Below, one piece after another: positions 16,381 to 39,044 of a DNA stretch of 64,000 nucleotides. Source of the stretch: the human T2T-CHM13v2.0 reference genome, Homo sapiens; NCBI RefSeq assembly GCF_009914755.1, contig NC_060940.1; one strand, 5' to 3'. A model generated the notes under the pieces. It was not told where the DNA came from. It was given only the letters and a program-made list of their open reading frames with translations, and searched no databases. How positions within the stretch are numbered: position 1 is the first letter of the stretch; every line of letters starts with the position of its first letter. A program made the translations under genes and the position numbers.

Positions 16381-19225
16381 TTAAAAACTCTCCATAAACT
16401 AGGTATCAAAGGAACATGCCTCAAAACAATAAGAGCCATCCATGAAAAACCCACAGCCAACATCATAGTCAATGGGCAAATGCTGGAAGCATTCCCCTGG
16501 AAAACAAGCACGAAACAAGGATGTCCACTTTCACCACTCCTATTCAACATAGTATTGAAAGTCCTAGACAGAGCAATCAGGCAAGAGAAGGAAACAAAGG
16601 GCATTCAAATAGGAAGAGAAGAAGTCAAACTATCCCTGTTTGCAGATGACATAATTCTATACCTAGATAACCCCATGGTCTCGCCCAAAAGCTCCTTCAG
16701 CTGATAGATAACTTCAGCAAAGTTTCAGAATACAAAATCAACATATAAAAATCACTAGCATTTCTGTACACCAACAGCAGACAAGCTGAAAGCCAAATCA
16801 GGAAGGCAATCCCATTCACAATCACCACAAAAAGAATAGAATACTTAGGAATACAGCTCACCAGGAAGGTGAAAGACCCCTACAATGAGAATTACGAAAC
16901 ACTGCTCAAATAAATCAGTGATGACACAAACAAATGGAAAAACATTCCATGCTCATGGATAGGAAGAATCAATATCATTAAAATGGCTAGACTGCCCAAA
17001 AGCAATGTACAGATTCAATGCTATTCCTACCAAACTACCAATGAAATTCTTCACAGAACTAGAAAAACTATTTAAAAATTCATATGGAACCAAAAGAGTG
17101 CCTGAATAGCCAAGGTAATCCTAAGCAAAAAGAACAAAGCTGGAGGCATCATGCTACCTGACTTCAAACTATACTACAGGGCTACAGTAACCAAAACAGC
17201 ATGGAACTGGTAAAAAAAAAAACAGGCACATAGTCCAATGGAACATAATAGAGAGGCCAGAAATAAGGCCATACAGCAACAACCATCTGATCTTTGACAA
17301 AGCTGACAAAAACAAGCAATGGGGAAAAGAATCCCTATTCAATAAATTGTGCTGGGATAACTGGCTAGCCATATGCAGAAGATTGAAGCTGGACCCCTTT
17401 CTTATACCATATACAAAAATCAATTCACAATAGACTAAAGACTTAAATGTAAAACCAAAAACTATAAAATATCCTGGAAGACATCCTAGACGATACCATC
17501 CTAGACATAAGAATGGGCAAATCTTTCATGACAGACACCAAAAGCAATCGCAATAAAAGCACAAATTGACAAATGGTATCTAATTAAACTTAAGAGTTTC
17601 TGCACAGCAAAAGAAACTATCAACAGAGTAAACAGACAACTACAGAATGAGAGAAAGTTTTTGCAAACTATGCATCTGACAAAGGTCTCCTATCCACAAG
17701 GAACTTAAATTTACAAGAGAAAAACAAACAACCTCATTAAAAAGTGAGCAAAGGACATGAACACACACTTTTCAAAATAAGACATAAATGTGGCCAACAA
17801 GTATCTGAAAAAAGCTCAATATTACTGATCACTAGAGAAATGCAAATCAAAACCAGAATGAGATTAACACCTCACACCAGTCCGAATGGCTATTATTAAG
17901 TCAAAACAGGCCGGGCGCGGTGGCTCATGCCTGTAAACCCAGCACTTTGGGAGGCCGAGGCGGGCGGATCACTAGGTCAGGAGATCGAGACCATCCTGGC
18001 TAACACGGTGAAACTCCGTCTCTACTGAAAATACAAAAAATTAGCCGGGCGTGGTGGTAGGTGCCTGTAGTCCCAGCTACTCTGGAGGCTGAGGCAGGAG
18101 AATGGCGTGAACCTGGGAGGCGGAGCTTGCAGTGAGCCTAGATCGTGCCACTGCACTCCAGCATGGGTGACAGAGTGAGACTCCGTCTCAAAAAAACAAA
18201 CAAAAAATTCAAAACATAACAGATGCTTGTGAGGTTGTGAAGAAAAGGGGACACTTACACACTGTTGTTGGGAGTGTAAGTTAGTTCAGCGATTGTGGAA
18301 AGTAGTATGGTGATTCCTCAAAGACTGAAAAACAGAAATACCATTAGACCCAGTAATCCCATTACTGGATATATACCCAGAGGAATATAAATCATTCTAC
18401 CATAAAGATACATGCATGTGAATGTTCATTGCACACTATTCACAATAGCAAAGACATGAAATCAACCTAATTGCCAATCAGTGACAGAGTGGATAAAGAA
18501 AATGTGGTACATATACACCATGGAATGCTATGCAGCCATAAGAAACAAGATCATGTCTTTCACAGAAACATGGATGGAGCTGGCACTGCTACACTGTTGG
18601 TGAGAGTGTAAATTAGTTCAACGATTGTGGAAAGTAGTATGGTGATTCCTCAAAGACTGAAAAACAGAAATACCATTAGACCTAGTAATCCCATTACTGG
18701 ATATATCCTAGAGGAATATAAATCATTCTGCCATACATACATGTGAATGTTCATTGCAGCACTATTCACAATAGCAAAGACATGGAATCAACCTAAATGA
18801 GTGACAGACTGGATAAAGAAAATGTGGTACATATACACCATGGAATGCGACGCAGCCACAAGAAACAACAAGATCATGTCTTTCACAGAAACATGGATAG
18901 AGCTGGCAGCTATTATCCTTAGCAAACTAATACAGGAACAGAAAACCAAATACCATGTGTTCTTACTTATAAGTGAAAGCTAAATGATGAGAACACACAG
19001 ACACAAAAAAGGGAACAAGAGACACTGGGGCCTACTTGAGGGTGGAGATTGGGAGGAGGGAGAGGAGCAGAAAAAGTAACTATTCGGTACTAGGCTTAAT
19101 ACCTGGGTGATGAAAAAATCTGTACAACAAACCCCTGTGACATGAGTCTACCTAAGTAAAAAACCTTCAACCTATGTAGCAAACCTTCACATGTACCCCT
19201 GAACCTAAAGTAAAAGTTAAGAAAG
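16381..19225 (+). mobile_element. 5'-truncated L1 (older L1PA type), ORF2 RT through 3' UTR, disabled; contains an AluY at 17909-18205
   Basis: [14 protein letters not shown]...LSLFADD RT motifs at 16480-16704; L1P 3' UTR ending tgtacccctgaacctaaagtaaaagtt. Confidence 0.93.
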
Positions 19226-19229
19226 AGAA

Positions 19230-19865
19230 AAACAGAAAATTAAATAGAGGGACTATACCAAATGTGATGAGAATGTAGGGGAAATGGAACCCTCGTACAG
19301 TCTTCATGGGAATGTGTAATGATGCCACCCCTTTCCAAAACAGTTTAGTGGTTGTTCCCTTTTTTGAACATTAAACTCCGAAGTATTTACTTAAGAGATA
19401 TTGTAATATATGTCTATTCAGCAACTTGTATATGAATATTCATGCCAGTTTTATTTGTAATAGACAAAAACTAGAAACAATTCACATGGTCTCCAACTAG
19501 CGAATAAATAAACAAGCTCTAGAATACAATTTTGCATCGAAAGGCGATGAACTGTTGATACCTGCTACAGTGGGACTTGATTTTATGCTGTGTGATTCTA
19601 TTTATATAGAATTGTGGAAAGTGAAAATCAATCTATTGTTACTGGAAGCGGTGGTTGCTTAGAGAGCGCTTAGGGTTGGAAGGAGTGCAAAGGAAGAATT
19701 GCAATGGGGGGTAATCATGATAAAATGTTTGGGGGGAATCGATATACTCATTGTCTTGACTGTGTTGATGATTCCCCAGGTATACACATACATCAAAACA
19801 AAATAAACCTTCTAGATATGTGCAGCTTATTGAAAGTTAATTATACTTTAATAAAGCTTTTTAAA
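19230..19865 (+). mobile_element. Old L1 3' end (L1MC/MD-like)
   Basis: gtggttgctt...ttgtcttgactgtgttgatg...atgtgcagcttattg...aataaagc. Confidence 0.7.
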
Positions 19866-20482
19866 AAATAAGCTCAATTGAAGCCTATGAAATGGAAGAT
19901 TAAAATTAGGCAGATAATATAATCCAGGTTGAAGAATAAATAAATATGATCAACAAGCGCTTAATACATTCTGACAGTTTTAGAACAAAGAAAATGAAAC
20001 AATGGCATGATTTTATCATTTCGTCGAATTGAAAAAATACCAACATTTCTCCATAGAGAATGTTGTTGAAGGTTAGTAGATATCAGTCCTTTATTACTGA
20101 CTCAGGATGGGAAAGTAAAGAGCTACAGCCTTTTTTGACTTAAAGGGGGAAGAGCTACATATATATTCATTTTGCTATACTTTGCAATATACAAACACAT
20201 ATGAATCATTACCCTAATATTTTCTGATTACAAAGAAATGTGTGACTGTTATAAAACATCCAAAAACATCAAATGTCTAACATGAAGTACAAAATTTGTC
20301 AGTAGTTTTAGACTCAAATGAAACATTTTCCACTTTGAGGATATTGTTCAAACTCCTTTCCCAAGACTGTCCCTGGTTTTGTCATGTATTAACACAGTGT
20401 GTCTAAAATTGCCTGAGAAGTAGCAGGTCTTTGTTCTCACTCTCATAGCTGTGTCCTCTGTTGAATAGGGTCTGGGTGCCCC

Positions 20483-22179
<1,697 letters not shown>

Positions 22180-22775
22180 GGTGAAGCTTCAGTGAAAGGT
22201 GATCTCTCTCTCTCTCTCTCACACATGCCCAGAATCAGGTGCAGGTTGTTCTTGTGAACCTGTTTTTCTAAGCCCTTAAGCTGGACATGGCTCACTCCTA
22301 CTGGCTGAAGAGATTTCTCCCTCCTGCCACTCATCATGGCCTCAATAAGAAATTTTTCCATCATGAACACCTTGGGGACCTAGACACAGATAAGGTCTAG
22401 ATGCAGAGCCCCGTCACCATGTTAAGAAGCAGGAATTCAAAGCTGGGGGCACAGGAAGAGGAATGCAAGAAACTTATCCCTATCTGATTTGTGCCCCAAT
22501 TCCCACCTAGAAGTATTTAAGATCCTGCCCCGAATTCAAGATGCAGAATTAGACAGACCACATATTGACATGTGTATATATATTTTGCACATGAAGAAAA
22601 TTATATATAGTGTTAAAATTGTGCGCATAGATGTTATATTTCTCAAATGCTTGGATATGACAAATATCAAGTTATAGTTCATATATTAGATATATGCATA
22701 TGTGGTAAGATAATAATGCAGAGAAAAAGTAAACACCAAATAAAATATCCTTTCCTAGCTTGAAAGTGGGGGAGA

Positions 22776-22836
22776 TGATTAGGTAAAATGTGACCGCATT
22801 GGACTGATTAGATCACATGTAAAGCTAACCCAATCA
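22776..22836. promoter_or_regulatory. Cluster of three DUX4-type double-homeodomain motifs upstream of the FRG2 pseudogene
   Basis: TGATTAGGTAA 22776-22786, TGATTAGATCA 22805-22815 and TAACCCAATCA 22826-22836 (DUX4 consensus T[A/G]A[C/T][C/T][C/T/G]AATCA), about 600 bp 5' of the ATG. Confidence 0.7.
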
Positions 22837-24354
22837 ACTGAATTCTTGAGGCAGCAAAAAGTCCAGCTGAAGAGCAAAACTTTCCCTTTACCTCATTCTC
22901 CCTCAGTCACCCTGGGAGCCCCACTATACTCTGTAGAGTCTGCTCGGCATCTGTGATCTAAGCTGATCCATTCAGCTGGATTATCATCATCAACCTTGCA
23001 CGCTTTGGTTCTTTCTCTTTGTGTTTCTGTTTACAATAAGTTGTGGATATGACTTTGCATTATGAATTTCCAGACACCTAATGGGCCACTTGTCTGTTTC
23101 TGTCCTGAAAAACCAATACCCAAATCCAAAAATATATCCTCACAAGAACCTCTGAAAGCCACCTGTGATTGCTGCTAACTCATTGACCTCCCTGCTCCTC
23201 AACCCACAGAGAACATGCAATAACTGCCAGATTTTAGGACACATGGCCAGGATCAGGAGGTGCCCAGTGAAGTGCTGTGGTGGGACCCTGTCCCCAAACC
23301 CATGGGCTTAAATAAAAAGCAGACACTGAAACCAAGAAAGCCCCAGCAACTTCTGACTCCAGGACCCTTTACTAAGACTGACAGAAGGAACAAAGCAAAA
23401 ATGAGATATCTGAAGGGTTCAAATAATCCTTGAACATTGGAATCTTTGGACATCACAATTCCAGTGTCTCCTCCTTTACTTTTTGTCCACAGCCTTCTCC
23501 TGGCATGAATAGAGAAACTTAATAAAAATACACAAAGGGCTCAGTATACTCCCAAATTCCTCAACTCAGAAGCCCATTCTATTCCTGAAGGATCATTGCA
23601 GGCAGGTGTATGGGGCTATCTTGAAACTGCATATACAGGCCAAACAGCAATAGAGTCCAAATTGAAGTACATCCTGATTATACATTAAAGAAAAACACAG
23701 AGGCTGCCTGGAGTTGGAAGTTGGATCTGAAATGAGACCAGGAGAATCCTTGGTAAAGTCTGCAAGACCTTTAATGCTTCTTTCACTCCAAAACACAAGC
23801 AAGGACCGTGTCCTTTTTCCCATCCGCCAGGTGGGGACAGGAAGTTGAGACATATACAGACACTAAACATGGTTTGTTCTGCAGCAAGAAGATTTTCAGA
23901 GAAAGATGCTTCGCATAACTTACTCAGGAAACTTGAAGCATCAGCAAAACTTAAGTGTAATGAGATAATCTTATTACTCTGAGGGTATTTCCCCCCGTTT
24001 CCTGCTCAATTGCTCTTCATTTGACTTGCTTTCCTTCTATGAACATTATCTCAAAAACCCAGGATAACCAAAAGGGTTCCTCACATATATGTACTTTTCT
24101 TTTTCCTTTGTTTTGTTTTGCTATTATTTATATGCCCACCACAAACATGCTAGTGTGGGCATTTCTACACACATTTTCAAGCAGTGTTATCAGATGCATT
24201 TCAGGAGGTAGAATCCTGCATGCAAGAACATGCATCTTTCCACTCAATACATATTTGCTAATTGTGCCTTAAAAGGTCATTGGCCCTTTATACTCTCTAT
24301 AAACATGTAAAAAACCGTGTGTGTATATGTATGTATGTATGTTCACTCATGCAC

Positions 24355-24516
24355 TCATTTATTTATTTATTTAGAAACAGGGTCTCACTCTCTGTTACCC
24401 AGGCTGGAGTGCATGATCATAGCTCATTGTAGCCTCAAACTCCTGAGCTTAAGGTATCCTTCTGCCTCAGCTTCCCAACATGCTGAGAATACAGGCATGA
24501 GCCACCATGCCTGGCT
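24355..24516 (-). mobile_element. Old monomeric or partial Alu (FLAM/AluJ-like)
   Basis: agaaacagggtctcactct...tcaaactcctgagcttaag...gagccaccatgcctggc. Confidence 0.8.
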
Positions 24517-25184
24517 AGTATGTTTTTACTTATCATGAAAAGATTAGTAGGAAGCATTTAATTTTCCTAACTGATGGTCACACAAAACTTTTTTTTTTGT
24601 AATTTATTTTCCTGTGACCACCATTGAGGTTAGATGCATCTTTACGTGGGAAATGGCCATTTGTATTTCTTTTACCATAAAATGTTTTCATAGGTCCTGT
24701 GCCTTTTAAAATTGAGTTTGTGTTTTACTCTTCATTGTCAGAGGTTCTTAACATATTTGGATGTCACCTGTTCCATATGATGTTAGTAGGCTGATGCCTG
24801 TCCACAATCCAAGAATAGATCTGTCCTAGATCTTTGTTCTCAAAAGTCATCCAGTTGTCAAGAAACCTGAGATGTGATCCTTCCACATGGCAAAGGTTCC
24901 CATCAAGACATGAACTAGGCTGCCGATTACCTCATGGCCAGGAAAAGCATGGGGGATGGATTTATTGATTGGCCCCACGTTGCATCCAAGCACTTTGGCC
25001 AGGGCCCAATACATTGCCAAAATGACAGTCAACAGGCCTAAAGTTTACTCTCATGATGTTCTCCAGCCTGCCATCAAAATACTTTTCTTTTTCTGGCCAC
25101 TTCTTCAACCTCTGACACATTAATAATATTCCCATATGATTCATATGCACATTAATAATTGTTAAGTTGGGGAATTTTATTCTT

Positions 25185-27493
<2,309 letters not shown>

Positions 27494-27608
27494 AGGAATT
27501 TTATTCTTAGAGGGAGGTTTATATAGGTGTACTGTTTTCTCAAAAGGGTACGGTTAAGATTCTATCTTTAATGTATGTACATTTTGTCTCACAAAAAAAC
27601 CCTAAAAT

Positions 27609-27890
27609 GTGGCTCACGCCTGTAATCCCAGCACTTTGGGAGGCCAAGGTGGGCAGATCACCTGAGGTGGAGTTCAAGACCAGCCTGACCAACATGGAGA
27701 AACCCAGTCTATACTAAAAATACAAAATTAGGCGGGTGTGGTGGCGCATGCCTGCAATCCCAGCTACTCGGGAGGCTGAGGCAGGAAAATCGCTTGAACT
27801 CGGGAGGTGGAGGTTGTGGTGAGCCGAGATGGCGCCATTGCCTGGGCAACAAGGGTGAAACTCTGTCTCAAAAACAAACAAACAAACAAC
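27609..27890 (+). mobile_element. AluSp/Sq-like element
   Basis: ctgaccaacatggagaaaccc diagnostic; (aaac)n tail. Confidence 0.93.
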
Positions 27891-28029
27891 CCCTAGAATA
27901 ATAAAACAGTTGTGAGGGGTGAGGAGTGGGTTGAAATATAGATGAAACAAAAATGGCACATGATTGGTACCTGTGGAGGCTGGGTGACAGGTTTATTACA
28001 TTACTTTGTGTATTTTCTATATGCTTGAA

Positions 28030-33605
<5,576 letters not shown>

Positions 33606-33719
33606 AATTTTCTAAAAATGTCCTGTATTAAAACATTTGTATGAAATGACAAGGTTGATTTACAATGTTAACTTTTAAGATCTTAGTTACCTTTGGGGAG
33701 GAGGAAAGCAGGTTAGAGG

Positions 33720-34200
33720 CACTGCAGTGAACAAGGGAGCTGGCAAATAGCAAAGGGAACAGGATCACCACCCTGCTATGCGGATTTAGCTATAGCATTA
33801 ACAAACTGTTTAGTTCGCTCACATATGTGCCCTTGCAGCATCCCACATACACCTGGACACATGCATAAGACAGCTGCCCCTGTTTTAGACCACATTAAAC
33901 ACCTGCCAGTAAACGTGGGTCAAAAGTATACACTAACATGTGTAGATACTGCCATGGAATTGCTGCAGGCCTTCCCTTGCAAAAGGCCAAACCAAACGGC
34001 CACAATTAATGGCTTGGATTGAGGTCAGTGTCACATACGGATGGCCTTGATACATTGATTGTGACCAAGGCATGCATTTTACCAGACATGATGTCCAAGA
34101 TTGGGTCATGTAAAACCCAAGTAGCAGGGTTGATTGAGTGGAAAAGTGGTATTTGAAATCACAATTGTGAGCACACTCACAATTCAATACCTTGCATGGG
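33720..34200 (+). mobile_element. ERVL-class internal fragment (integrase remnant)
   Basis: KYTLTCVDTAMELLQAFPCKRPNQTATI, followed by a decayed SDQG.HFT-like motif (gaccaaggcatgcattttacc). Confidence 0.7.
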
Positions 34201-34202
34201 CA

Positions 34203-36288
34203 AACTGTGAGTCAATTAAACCTCTTTCTTTTATAAATTATGCAGTCTCCAGTATTTTTTCATAGCAGCATGAGAATGGACTGATACAGCAAATTGGTAC
34301 CACAGAGTGGGGTGCTGCTATAAGAATACCCCAAAATGTGGAAGCGACTTTGGAACTGGGTAACAGGTAGAGGTTGGAACACTTTGGAGGGCTCAGAAGA
34401 CAGGAAAATGTGGGAAACTTTGGAACTTCCTAGAAACTTGGAGGGCTCAGAAGACAGGAAAATGTGAGAAAGTTTGGAACTTCCTAGAGACTTGGAGGCC
34501 TCAGAAGGCAGAAAGATGTGGGAAAGTTTGGAACTTCCTAGAAAATTGTTGAATGGCTTTGACCAAAATGCTGATAGTAATATGGACAGTGAGGTCCAGG
34601 CTGAGGTGGTCTCAGATAGGGATGAGAAACTTGCTGGGAGCTGCAGTAAAGGCCACTTGTGCTATGCAAAAGTGGCATTTTGCCCATGCCCTACAGATTT
34701 GTAAAACTTTGAACTTGGGAGAGATGATTTAGAGTATCTGGTGGAAGAAATTCCTAAGTGGCAAAGCATTCAAGAGAAAGCAGAGCACAAAGTTTGAAAA
34801 ATTTGCAGCCTGGTGATGTAACAGAAAAAAAAAAGCCCATTTTCCGGGGAGAAATTCAAGCCTCCTGCAGAAATTTGCATAAGCAATGAGGAGCTGAGTG
34901 TTAATCACAAGACAAAGGGGAAAATGTCTTCAGGGCAAGTCAGAGACCTTCATGGCAGCCCCTCCCATCACAGGCCTGGAGGCCTAAGAGGAAAAAATGG
35001 TTTTGTGGGCTGGGCCCAGGGCCCCCCTACTGTGTGCAGCCTAGCAACTTGGTGCCCTGCATCCTAGCTACTCCAGCAGTGGCTAAAAAGGGACAAAGTA
35101 CAGCTTGAGCTGTGGCTTCAGAGGGTGCAAGCCCCAAGCCTTGGCAGTTTCCATATGTTGTTGAGCCTGCAGTTGCACAGAAGTCAAGAATTGAGGTTTG
35201 AGAACTTCCACCTAGACTTCAGAGGATGTATGGAAACACATGGATGTCCAGACTGAAGTTTGCTGCAGGGGTAGAGCCCTCATGGAGAACTTCTGCTAGG
35301 GCAGTGTGGGAGGAAAATGTGGAGTCAGAGCCCCCACACAGAGTTCCTACTGGGACACTGCCTAGTGGAGCTGTGAGAACAGGGCCACCATCCTGTACCC
35401 CAGAAATGGTAGATCCACGGACAGCTTGCACCCTGCACCTGGAAAAACCGCAGGCACTCAATGACAGCCTGTGAAAGCAGCAAGGAGTGGGGGGCTGTAC
35501 CCTGAAAAGCCAAAGGGGTAGAGCTGCCCAAGGCCATAGGAACTCACCTCTTGCATCAGTGTGAGCTGGATATGAGACATGGAGTCAAAGGAGATCATTT
35601 TGAGCTTTCAGATTTGACTGCCCTACTGGATTTTGGACTCACATGGGGCCTGTATCTCCTTCATTTTGGCCAACTTTTTCCACTTGAAATGGGTGTATTT
35701 ACTCAATGCCTGTACCCCTATTATATCTAGGAAGTAACTAACTTGCTTTTGAATTTACAGGCTTACAGGTGGAAGGGACTTGCCTTGTCTCAGATGAGAC
35801 TTTGACTTGGACTTTTGAGTTAATGCTGGAATGAGTTAAGACTTTGGGGAACTGTTGGGAGGGCATGATTGTGTTTTGAAATGTGAGGACATGAGATTTG
35901 GGATGGGCCAGGGCATAATGATGTGGTTTGGCTGTGTCCCCACCCAAATCTCATCTTGAATTGTAGTTCCCATAATCCCCATGTGTCAGGGGAGCAACAA
36001 GTGGGAGCCAATTGAATCATGGAGTCAGTTACCTCCATGCTGTTTTCATGATAGAGAGTGAGTTCTCACCAGATCTGATGGTTTTATAAGGATCTTTCCC
36101 CCCTTCATTCTGCACTTCTTTTTCCTGCCATCATGTGTGGAAGGATGTGTTTGCTTCCTTTTCCACCATGATTGTAAGTATTGTGAGGCCTCCCCAGCCC
36201 TGTGGAACTGAGTCAACTAAACCTGTTTCCTTTATAAATTACCCAGTCTTGGGCAGTTTTTATAGCAGCATGAGAATGAACCAATACA
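34203..36288 (+). mobile_element. THE1 (MaLR) provirus: truncated 5' LTR 34203-34288, internal region, 3' LTR 35919-36288
   Basis: LTR tgatgtggtttggctgtgtccccacccaaatctcatcttgaattgtag; typical THE1-int including the 54-bp repeats at ~34375-34545. Confidence 0.92.
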
Positions 36289-36336
36289 TTTTAATAGACA
36301 CTTTCTATTGTAATTTAGAGTGTTCAGAAAATATGA

Positions 36337-37172
36337 TATCGGGGGAACCTGCCTCCAATAGTCACGTAGGTTCTTTTCTATTTTTCCTAAGTGTTGGCCG
36401 GTCTGAGAAATAAAGGGACAGAGTACAAAAGAGAGAAATTTTAAAGCTGGGTGTCCGGGGGAGACATCACGTATCGGCAGGTTCCATGATACCCCCTGAG
36501 CCATAAAACCAGCAAGTTTTTATTAATGATTTTCAAAAGGGGAGGGAGTGTACGAATAGGGTGTGGGTCACAGTGATCACATGCTTCACAAGGTAATAAG
36601 ATATCACAAGGCAAATGGAGGCAGGGCGAGATCACAGGACCACAGGACTGCGGCAAAATTAAAATTGCTAATGAAGTTTCGGGCATGCATTGTCATTGAT
36701 AACATCTTATCAGGAGCCAGGGTTTGAGAGCAGACAACCGGTCTGACCAAAATTTATTAAGTGGGAATTTCCTCGTCCTAATAAGCCTGGGAGTGCTACA
36801 GGAGACTGGGGCTTATTTCATCCCTACAGCTTCGACCATAAAAGATGGCCACCCCCTGAAGCGGCCATTTCAGAGGCCTACCCTCAGGGACACATTCTCT
36901 TTCTCAGGGATGTTCCTTGCTGAGAAAAAGAATTCAGTGATATTTCTCCCATTTGCTTTTGAAAGAAGAGAAATATGGCTCTGTTCCGCCCAGCTCACTG
37001 GCAATCAGAGTTTAAGGTTATCTGTCTTGTTCCCTGAACATTGCTGTTATCCTGTTCTTTTTTCAAGGTGCCCAGATTTCATATTGTTCAAGCACACATG
37101 CTCTACAAACAATTTGTGCAGTTAACGCAATCATCACAAGGTCCTGAGGTGACATACATCCTTCTCAGCTTA
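36337..37172 (-). mobile_element. MER11 (HML-8) LTR lacking its 5' part
   Basis: tatcgggggaacc...gagaaataaagggacagagtacaaaagagagaaattttaaagctgggtgtccggggg; AATAAA on the minus strand at 36524-36519. Confidence 0.85.
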
Positions 37173-39032
37173 ACTCATTTCAGCATTAACTAAAAAGTCC
37201 AAAGTCTTATCCAAGACAAGGCAAGTGCCTTCTGCCCATGAAACTGTAAAATCAAAAGCCAGTTAGTTATTTCCTAGATACAATGGGGTTACAGGCATTG
37301 GGTAAATACAGTCATTCCAAATGGGAGAAATTGGCCACAACAAAGGGGCTACCGGCCCCATGCAAGTTCAATATCCAGCAGGGCAGTCAAATCTTAAAGC
37401 TCAAAAATGATCTCTTTTGACTCCATGTCTCACATCCAGGTCATGATGATGCAAGAGGTGGGTTTCCATGGTCTTGGGCAGGTCTGCCTCTGTGGCTTTT
37501 CAGGGTACAGCCTTCCTACCAGCTGCTTTCACAGGCTGGTGTTGAGTGTCTGTGGTTTTTCTAGGTGAACAGTGCAAGCTGTTGGTGGTTCTACCATTCT
37601 GGGGCCTGGAGGGCAGTGGCCCTCTTCTCACAGCTCCACTAGGTGGTGCCACAGTAGGGACTCTGCCTGGGGGCTCTGAACCCACATTTCCCTTCTGCAC
37701 TGCCATAGCAGAGGTTCTCCAGGAGAGCCCCAACCCTGCAGCAAACGTCTGCCTGGACATCCATGTGTTTCCATACATCCTCTGAAATCTAGGCAGAGGT
37801 TCTCAAACCTCAATTCTTGACTTCTGTGCACCTGCAGCTCAACACCACGTGGAGCTGCCAAGGCTTGGGGCTTGCACCTTCTGGAGCCATGGTCTAAGCT
37901 GTACCTTGGCCCCTTTTAGTCAGCCAAGTGGCTGGAGTGGCTGGGACTTAGGGCACCAAGTCCCTAGATTCACCACAGTAGGAGGACCCTGGGCCCAGCT
38001 TACAAAATAATTTTTTTCTCCTAGACCTCCAGGCGTGTGATGGGAGGAGCTGCTGTGAAGACCTCTGAAATGTCCTGGAGATATTTTCCCCATTGTCTTT
38101 GGGGTTAACATTCACCTCCTTGTTACTTATGAAAATTTCTGCAGCTGGCTTGAATTTCTCCTCAGAAAATGGGATTTTCTTTTCTATTGCATTGTCAGGC
38201 TGCGATTTTCTGAACTTTTATAGTCTCCTTTTCTTATAAAACTGAATGCCTTTAACAGCACCCAAGTCACATCTTTAATGCTTTGCTGCTTAGAAATTTC
38301 TTCTGCCATATACCCTAACTAATCTCTCTCAAGTTTGAAATTCTGGAGATCTCTGCAGCAGGAGCAAAATGTCACCAGTCTCTTTGGTAAAACATAACAA
38401 GAGTCACCCTTGCTCCAGTTCCCAAAAAGTTCCTTATTTCCATGTGAGACCACCTCAGCCTGGACTTTATTGTCCATATTGCTGCCAGCATTTTGGGCAA
38501 AGCCACTCAATAAATCTCTAGGAAGTTCCAAACTTTCCCACATTTTTCTGTCTTCTTCTGAGCCCTCCAAATTGTTCCAACCTCTGCCTGTTACCCAGTT
38601 CCAAAGTCGCTTTTATATTTTGGGGTATCTTTTCAGCAGTGCCCCACTCCTGGTACCAATTTACTGTATTAGTCCATTTTCACACTGCTGATAAAGACAT
38701 ACTCGAGACTTGGCAATTTACAAGAGAAAGAGGTTTAATGGACTTACAGTTCCACATGGCTGAGGAGGCCTCACAATCATGGCAGAAGGCAAGGGGGAGC
38801 AAGTCACATCTTACATGAATGGTGGCTGGCAAAGAAAGAGAGCATGTGCAGGGAAACTCCCATTTTTAAAATCATCAGATCTCATGAGACTTATTCACTA
38901 TTACAAGAACAGTACGGGAAAGACCTGCCCCCATGATTCAATTATGTCCCACTGGATCCCTCCCACAACATATAGGAATTATGGGAGCTACAAGATGAGA
39001 TTTGGATGGAGACATACAGCCAAACCACGTCA
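37169..39032 (-). mobile_element. THE1 provirus: 5' LTR 39032-38665 plus internal region, 3' LTR missing
   Basis: Reverse-complement homology to 34203-35840; paired ORF remnants (MYGNTWMSR...). Confidence 0.92.
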
Positions 39033-39044
39033 GTTGGGGTAGAC

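Noticed and set aside
34375-34545. 54-bp direct repeats resembling an array
   Set aside because: They are contiguous repeats without unique spacers inside THE1 internal sequence; not CRISPR-like, and this is eukaryotic DNA.
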